From an uncultured bacterium (lineage in GTDB: Bacteria > Patescibacteriota > Minisyncoccia > Phycocordibacterales > UBA9973), in assembly GCA_903894565.1 (NCBI GenBank), contig CAITQP010000012.1, positions 1 to 57,700 of the forward strand: DNA of 57,700 nucleotides. The letters run 5' to 3'. Under the pieces are notes generated by a model. The model searched no databases. It saw only the letters and a program-made list of their open reading frames with translations, and was not told the origin of the DNA. Below, in pieces: positions 54,393 through 57,700 of this stretch. How positions within the stretch are numbered: position 1 is the first letter of the stretch; the number at the start of each line of letters is the position of its first letter. A program made the translations under genes and the position numbers.

Positions 54393-56915
54393 TTACAGTC
54401 CGTGACAGTTCTTATATTTCTTCCCACTTCCACACGGGCATGGTTCATTACGTCCAACTTTGGCAACTTTCATGTCTCCGTTGTTTGTGTTTGTCGCACT
54501 GTTTGTTGGTGAGATTGTTGTATCAAGTCCGTTACCAAGTGCTTCCATGTGAATTTCTCGGAGTATTGCGGGATCAGCCACTGGTTGATCCGGAAGACGA
54601 ATCGTTTGCTGTGCTGCTTGTACATTAATAGTACCGATCATGTCAGTGACTTGTGAGCGAAACACATATTCCATATCTCGGAACAAACGAAGTCCTTCAC
54701 GCTGATATTCAACGAGCGGTTCGCGTCCACCGTATGCACGAAGATTGACCGAAGTGCGAAGATAATCCATCGTTTCAAGGTGATCAGTCCACAAAAGGTC
54801 TGTGACATAAAGCACAATGCGACGGAAAGTTTCAAGAAAGGCGACATCTCCAACACTTGCTTGTTTTTCTGTAACAAGTGTTTGCATGGCTTCATCAGCA
54901 CCAATAAATTCAGCGAGATATTTCTCAACATCATTCTGCTGTGCCATGAGCATAGTACGGCGACGTGCATAAACGATGTTGCGCTGATGTGAAAGCACAT
55001 TGTCGTATTCAAGTGTGTACTTACGTGCATCGAAATGGAACCCTTCGATTTTTTTCTGTGCGCCCTCGAGCGATTTGTTGATGAGGCTATTCTCGATTGG
55101 CTGATCTTCAGGAATACCAAAACGGCCCATCATGTTTTTGATGCGGTCTGAACCGAATACCCGCATGAGATCATCTTCGAGCGATACGTAAAATCGTGTC
55201 TCACCAGGATCTCCTTGGCGACCAGCACGTCCGCGAAGCTGGTTGTCGATACGGCGAGCTTCATGACGTTCTGTACCAAGGACGAAGAGTCCACCAATAT
55301 CACGAATTTCTGCGCGTGATTCTTCAGTACTTGGCATTCCACCAAGAATAATGTCGATACCGCGACCCGCCATGTTTGTAGCAACAGTCACCGCTCCTCG
55401 TTTTCCAGCCTGAGCAATGAGCTCACCTTCTTTCTCGTGATTCTTTGCATTGAGTACTGTGTGTGGCACGCCTGCATCACGCAAGTAAGCAGAGAGTAAT
55501 TCGTTTCGTTCAATCGAAATCGTACCAATGAGTACAGGCTGACCTTTCTCGTGACGTTCTTTGACTTCACGCGCTATCGCCTGCCACTTCCCTTTTTCTG
55601 TTTGGTAAATGAGATCGTTGTGATCAACACGCTTAATATCGCGATGTGTTGGCATCTCAATAACATTGAGTCCATATACTTTGCGGAATTCTTCTTCGCT
55701 CGTCTTCGCCGTTCCCGTCATTCCAGAGAGCTTCTTGTAGAAACGGAAATAGTTTTGGAACGTAATCGAAGCAGCAGTGCGAGTTTCTTTTTGAATCTTT
55801 ACACCCTCCTTGGCTTCAATAGCCTGATGCAAACCTTCATTCCAGCGACGACCTGGTTGCATGCGCCCGGTAAATTGATCAACAATGATTGCTTCGTTAT
55901 CTTTGACAACGTAATCTCGGTCGCGAATAAAAAGTGCCTTGGCACGAACTGCCGTTTCAAGATGATGCACATATTTGATTCCCTTCTCTGTATATATATT
56001 GTCTATGCCAAGTTGTGCTTCGGCTTTTGAAATACCAGCGTCAGTGAGCGAGATGGCTTTCTTTTTCTCATCAACAATGTAGTCTTCCTCTGCGATGAGA
56101 GACTGCGCGATACCAGAAAATGTTCGGTAAAAATCTTCTGACTCAGCAGCTTCAGATGAAATGATGAGTGGCGTGCGTGATTCATCGATAAGGATTGAGT
56201 CGATCTCGTCTACTACTGCGTAGTTGTGTTCACGCTGAACAAGTCCTTCTTTGTTTTGTGCAAGGTTGTCACGCAAATAGTCGAAACCATATTCATTATT
56301 GGTTCCATATGTAATATCAGTAGCATATGAATCACGGCGAGTTGATGGTCGAAGAAATTCATATACGACTTTGTACATCTCAACACCACTCGAGACTGCT
56401 TGTTTGTCTGTGTGTGATGGATCGTAAACGAATGATGCGTTTTGGGAATTGATTACACCAAGTGAGAGTCCGAGAAATCCATAGACTTGCCCCATCCATA
56501 CACCATCACGACGTGCGAGGTAATCGTTGACTGTCACAACGTGTACACCGAGCCCAGTGAGCGCATTCAAATATGTTGGAAGTGTTGCAACGAGTGTCTT
56601 TCCTTCTCCAGTGCGCATCTCAGCAATATTTCCACGATGTAGTGCGATACCTCCAAGCATTTGCACATCATAATGACGCTGACCGAGTGTGCGACGTGAT
56701 GCCTCACGCACAAGCGCGAATGCCTCAGGCAAAATCTGGTCAAGTGTCTCACCTTTTTGGAGGCGAGCTTTCAATTCGTTGGTCTTCTCGGGAAAGGCTT
56801 GATCTGGAAGGGTTTTGAGGCCTTCTTCGAGAGCATTGATCTGTTTAACGATACCTTTTGCCTCCGCGAGAAACTTCGATGTCGGGTTTCCGAATATGCT
56901 TGTGACTATAGACAT
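54393..56915 (-). CDS. secA: Preprotein translocase ATPase SecA
   Basis: DEAD-like motor motifs (MRTGEGKTL, VDEIDSILIDE, TNMAGRGIDI). C-terminal zinc finger CPCGSGKKYKNCHG. I set the start at Met21 (MSIVTSIFG). Confidence 0.95.
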   Translation of the reverse strand: MSIVTSIFGNPTSKFLAEAKGIVKQINALEEGLKTLPDQAFPEKTNELKARLQKGETLDQILPEAFALVREASRRTLGQRHYDVQMLGGIALHRGNIAEMRTGEGKTLVATLPTYLNALTGLGVHVVTVNDYLARRDGVWMGQVYGFLGLSLGVINSQNASFVYDPSHTDKQAVSSGVEMYKVVYEFLRPSTRRDSYATDITYGTNNEYGFDYLRDNLAQNKEGLVQREHNYAVVDEIDSILIDESRTPLIISSEAAESEDFYRTFSGIAQSLIAEEDYIVDEKKKAISLTDAGISKAEAQLGIDNIYTEKGIKYVHHLETAVRAKALFIRDRDYVVKDNEAIIVDQFTGRMQPGRRWNEGLHQAIEAKEGVKIQKETRTAASITFQNYFRFYKKLSGMTGTAKTSEEEFRKVYGLNVIEMPTHRDIKRVDHNDLIYQTEKGKWQAIAREVKERHEKGQPVLIGTISIERNELLSAYLRDAGVPHTVLNAKNHEKEGELIAQAGKRGAVTVATNMAGRGIDIILGGMPSTEESRAEIRDIGGLFVLGTERHEARRIDNQLRGRAGRQGDPGETRFYVSLEDDLMRVFGSDRIKNMMGRFGIPEDQPIENSLINKSLEGAQKKIEGFHFDARKYTLEYDNVLSHQRNIVYARRRTMLMAQQNDVEKYLAEFIGADEAMQTLVTEKQASVGDVAFLETFRRIVLYVTDLLWTDHLETMDYLRTSVNLRAYGGREPLVEYQREGLRLFRDMEYVFRSQVTDMIGTINVQAAQQTIRLPDQPVADPAILREIHMEALGNGLDTTISPTNSATNTNNGDMKVAKVGRNEPCPCGSGKKYKNCHGL

Positions 56916-57034
56916 AAGGTGCTGATTATACCCCAAAATCGGGTCAAAATGAAGCGCTTTAGAAAGACTCTCCAAAAACGAAAAACGCCCGACCTTGCGG
57001 TCGAGCGAATTTCGTAAGTGGGAAACAAAAGATA

Positions 57035-57130
57035 TTACGCGCGCTTCTTCTTTGCTGCGGTCTTCTTTTTTGCTGCTGGCTTTGCTTTCGCCTTTGTTGT
57101 CTTCTTAACTGCTTTCTTTTTTGCTGCCAT
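57035..57130 (-). CDS. Lys-rich mini-protein (31 aa)
   Basis: MAAKKKAVKKTTKAKAKPAAKKKTAAKKKRA*. It lies 120 nt upstream of secA. No obvious SD sequence. Confidence 0.4.
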   Translation of the reverse strand: MAAKKKAVKKTTKAKAKPAAKKKTAAKKKRA

Positions 57131-57430
57131 AATTTTATTATCTAAATTATTTGTAAGTGGCATTTAATTCCGACCGCACAATTATTTTTTTTCAAAATAA
57201 AATTTAAGAAAAAAAATTTTGTGACTAAACTAAATGCGACTACAATAATTATCCTACATGCGCATCACACTCGCAATGTTTTTTTGAGAAAACTGTGGAA
57301 AACTTTCTGAAATTTTTTTTTAGAAAATATTTTTTTGAAATTATTTTTTTATTTTTTACAAATTTTTTTAAATGTATTGCATACAAAAATTATTTTTTAC
57401 TTTTTCTATTTCATTTTTATTTTTTTCCGG
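57131..57430. promoter_or_regulatory. Extremely AT-rich 300-bp region with repeated T6-T9 tracts
   Basis: Runs such as tgaaattttttttt, aaatattttttt, ttattttttt, attttttac and aattttttt. It sits upstream of the mini-protein/secA transcription unit. Confidence 0.35.
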
Positions 57431-57509
57431 CTCAAGGTTCAGGATAGTCTTCTTCATCGTCTCGCTCATCAGGTATCTAGCACCTGATTTACCAAGATAC
57501 GATTCTTGG

Positions 57510-57698
57510 TCAACTACGTACGACTACCCAGTCGTAATAACCAGGTGTTGTACACAGAACCATGCACAAGACTGGAACTGTCGTGTGTGAACTGAGTTTG
57601 CAAAGAAATGTTTCGTCGGTTGTGAGAAAATCGCAACCTGTTTTTGATTTGTAGAGCTTCATCGGAAACTTTCCCCAAATCGGCTTACAATTTTTCTT
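57510..57698 (-). CDS. 3' end of an ORF entering from beyond the window edge; hypothetical
   Basis: Open minus-strand frame from the edge to TGA at 57510-57512 (...CKPIWGKFPMKLYKSKTGCDFLTTDETFLCKLSSHTTVPVLCMVLCTTPGYYDWVVVRS*). Confidence 0.25.
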   Translation of the reverse strand, partial: KKNCKPIWGKFPMKLYKSKTGCDFLTTDETFLCKLSSHTTVPVLCMVLCTTPGYYDWVVVRS

Positions 57699-57700
57699 AA

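Noticed and set aside
57131-57430. Chromosomal replication origin
   Set aside because: It has only two degenerate DnaA-box-like 9-mers, no dnaA/dnaN neighbourhood, and the window alone cannot show a skew switch. I kept it only as an AT-rich promoter-type region.

Overview
This is a moderately AT-rich bacterial window with no rRNA, tRNA or CRISPR array that I could find. The standard genetic code fits: long ORFs close on TAA, TAG and TGA. The gene content is cohesin/dockerin and FN3/BNR/BspA-type giant surface proteins, peptidoglycan-binding anchors, many orphan small ORFs and very compact operons. That content suggests a Patescibacteria (CPR)-like or similar small-genome lineage, but this is inference only.

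The window has five parts:
1. 1-6.5 kb is an accessory island. It starts with a frameshifted large serine recombinase, followed by orphan membrane and secreted proteins, an HNH nuclease, a PP-loop-like protein and a YdeI-like protein.
2. 6.9-12.7 kb is a cell-surface locus. It holds a membrane-anchored cohesin, a 907-aa double BNR-propeller protein ending in Gly19 plus a dockerin, and a BspA-like LRR protein with a peptidoglycan-binding domain.
3. 13-17 kb holds small membrane proteins (DoxX, DedA, bPH).
4. 17-47 kb holds an almost complete de novo purine pathway in three blocks: purH; purC-purB; purN-X-purD-Y-tdh-kbl-purE-purM; and guaB-purA-purL-purQ-purF. These are interleaved with idi, an IMPase-family gene, ppsA and an aminotransferase.
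5. 47-57.7 kb holds rsmE, a 1.57k-aa FN3-repeat giant protein operon, secA and an AT-rich promoter region.

The most unusual items are:
- X, a 562-aa protein with about 40 cysteines and an internal duplication, translationally coupled between purN and purD.
- A threonine-to-glycine module (tdh-kbl) and a GlmU-like beta-helix protein (Y) embedded in the pur operon.
- PurL with a tandem PurS-like N-terminal extension.
- The adjacent cohesin-dockerin pair.
- A recurrent family of 'clamped' bidirectional terminators.
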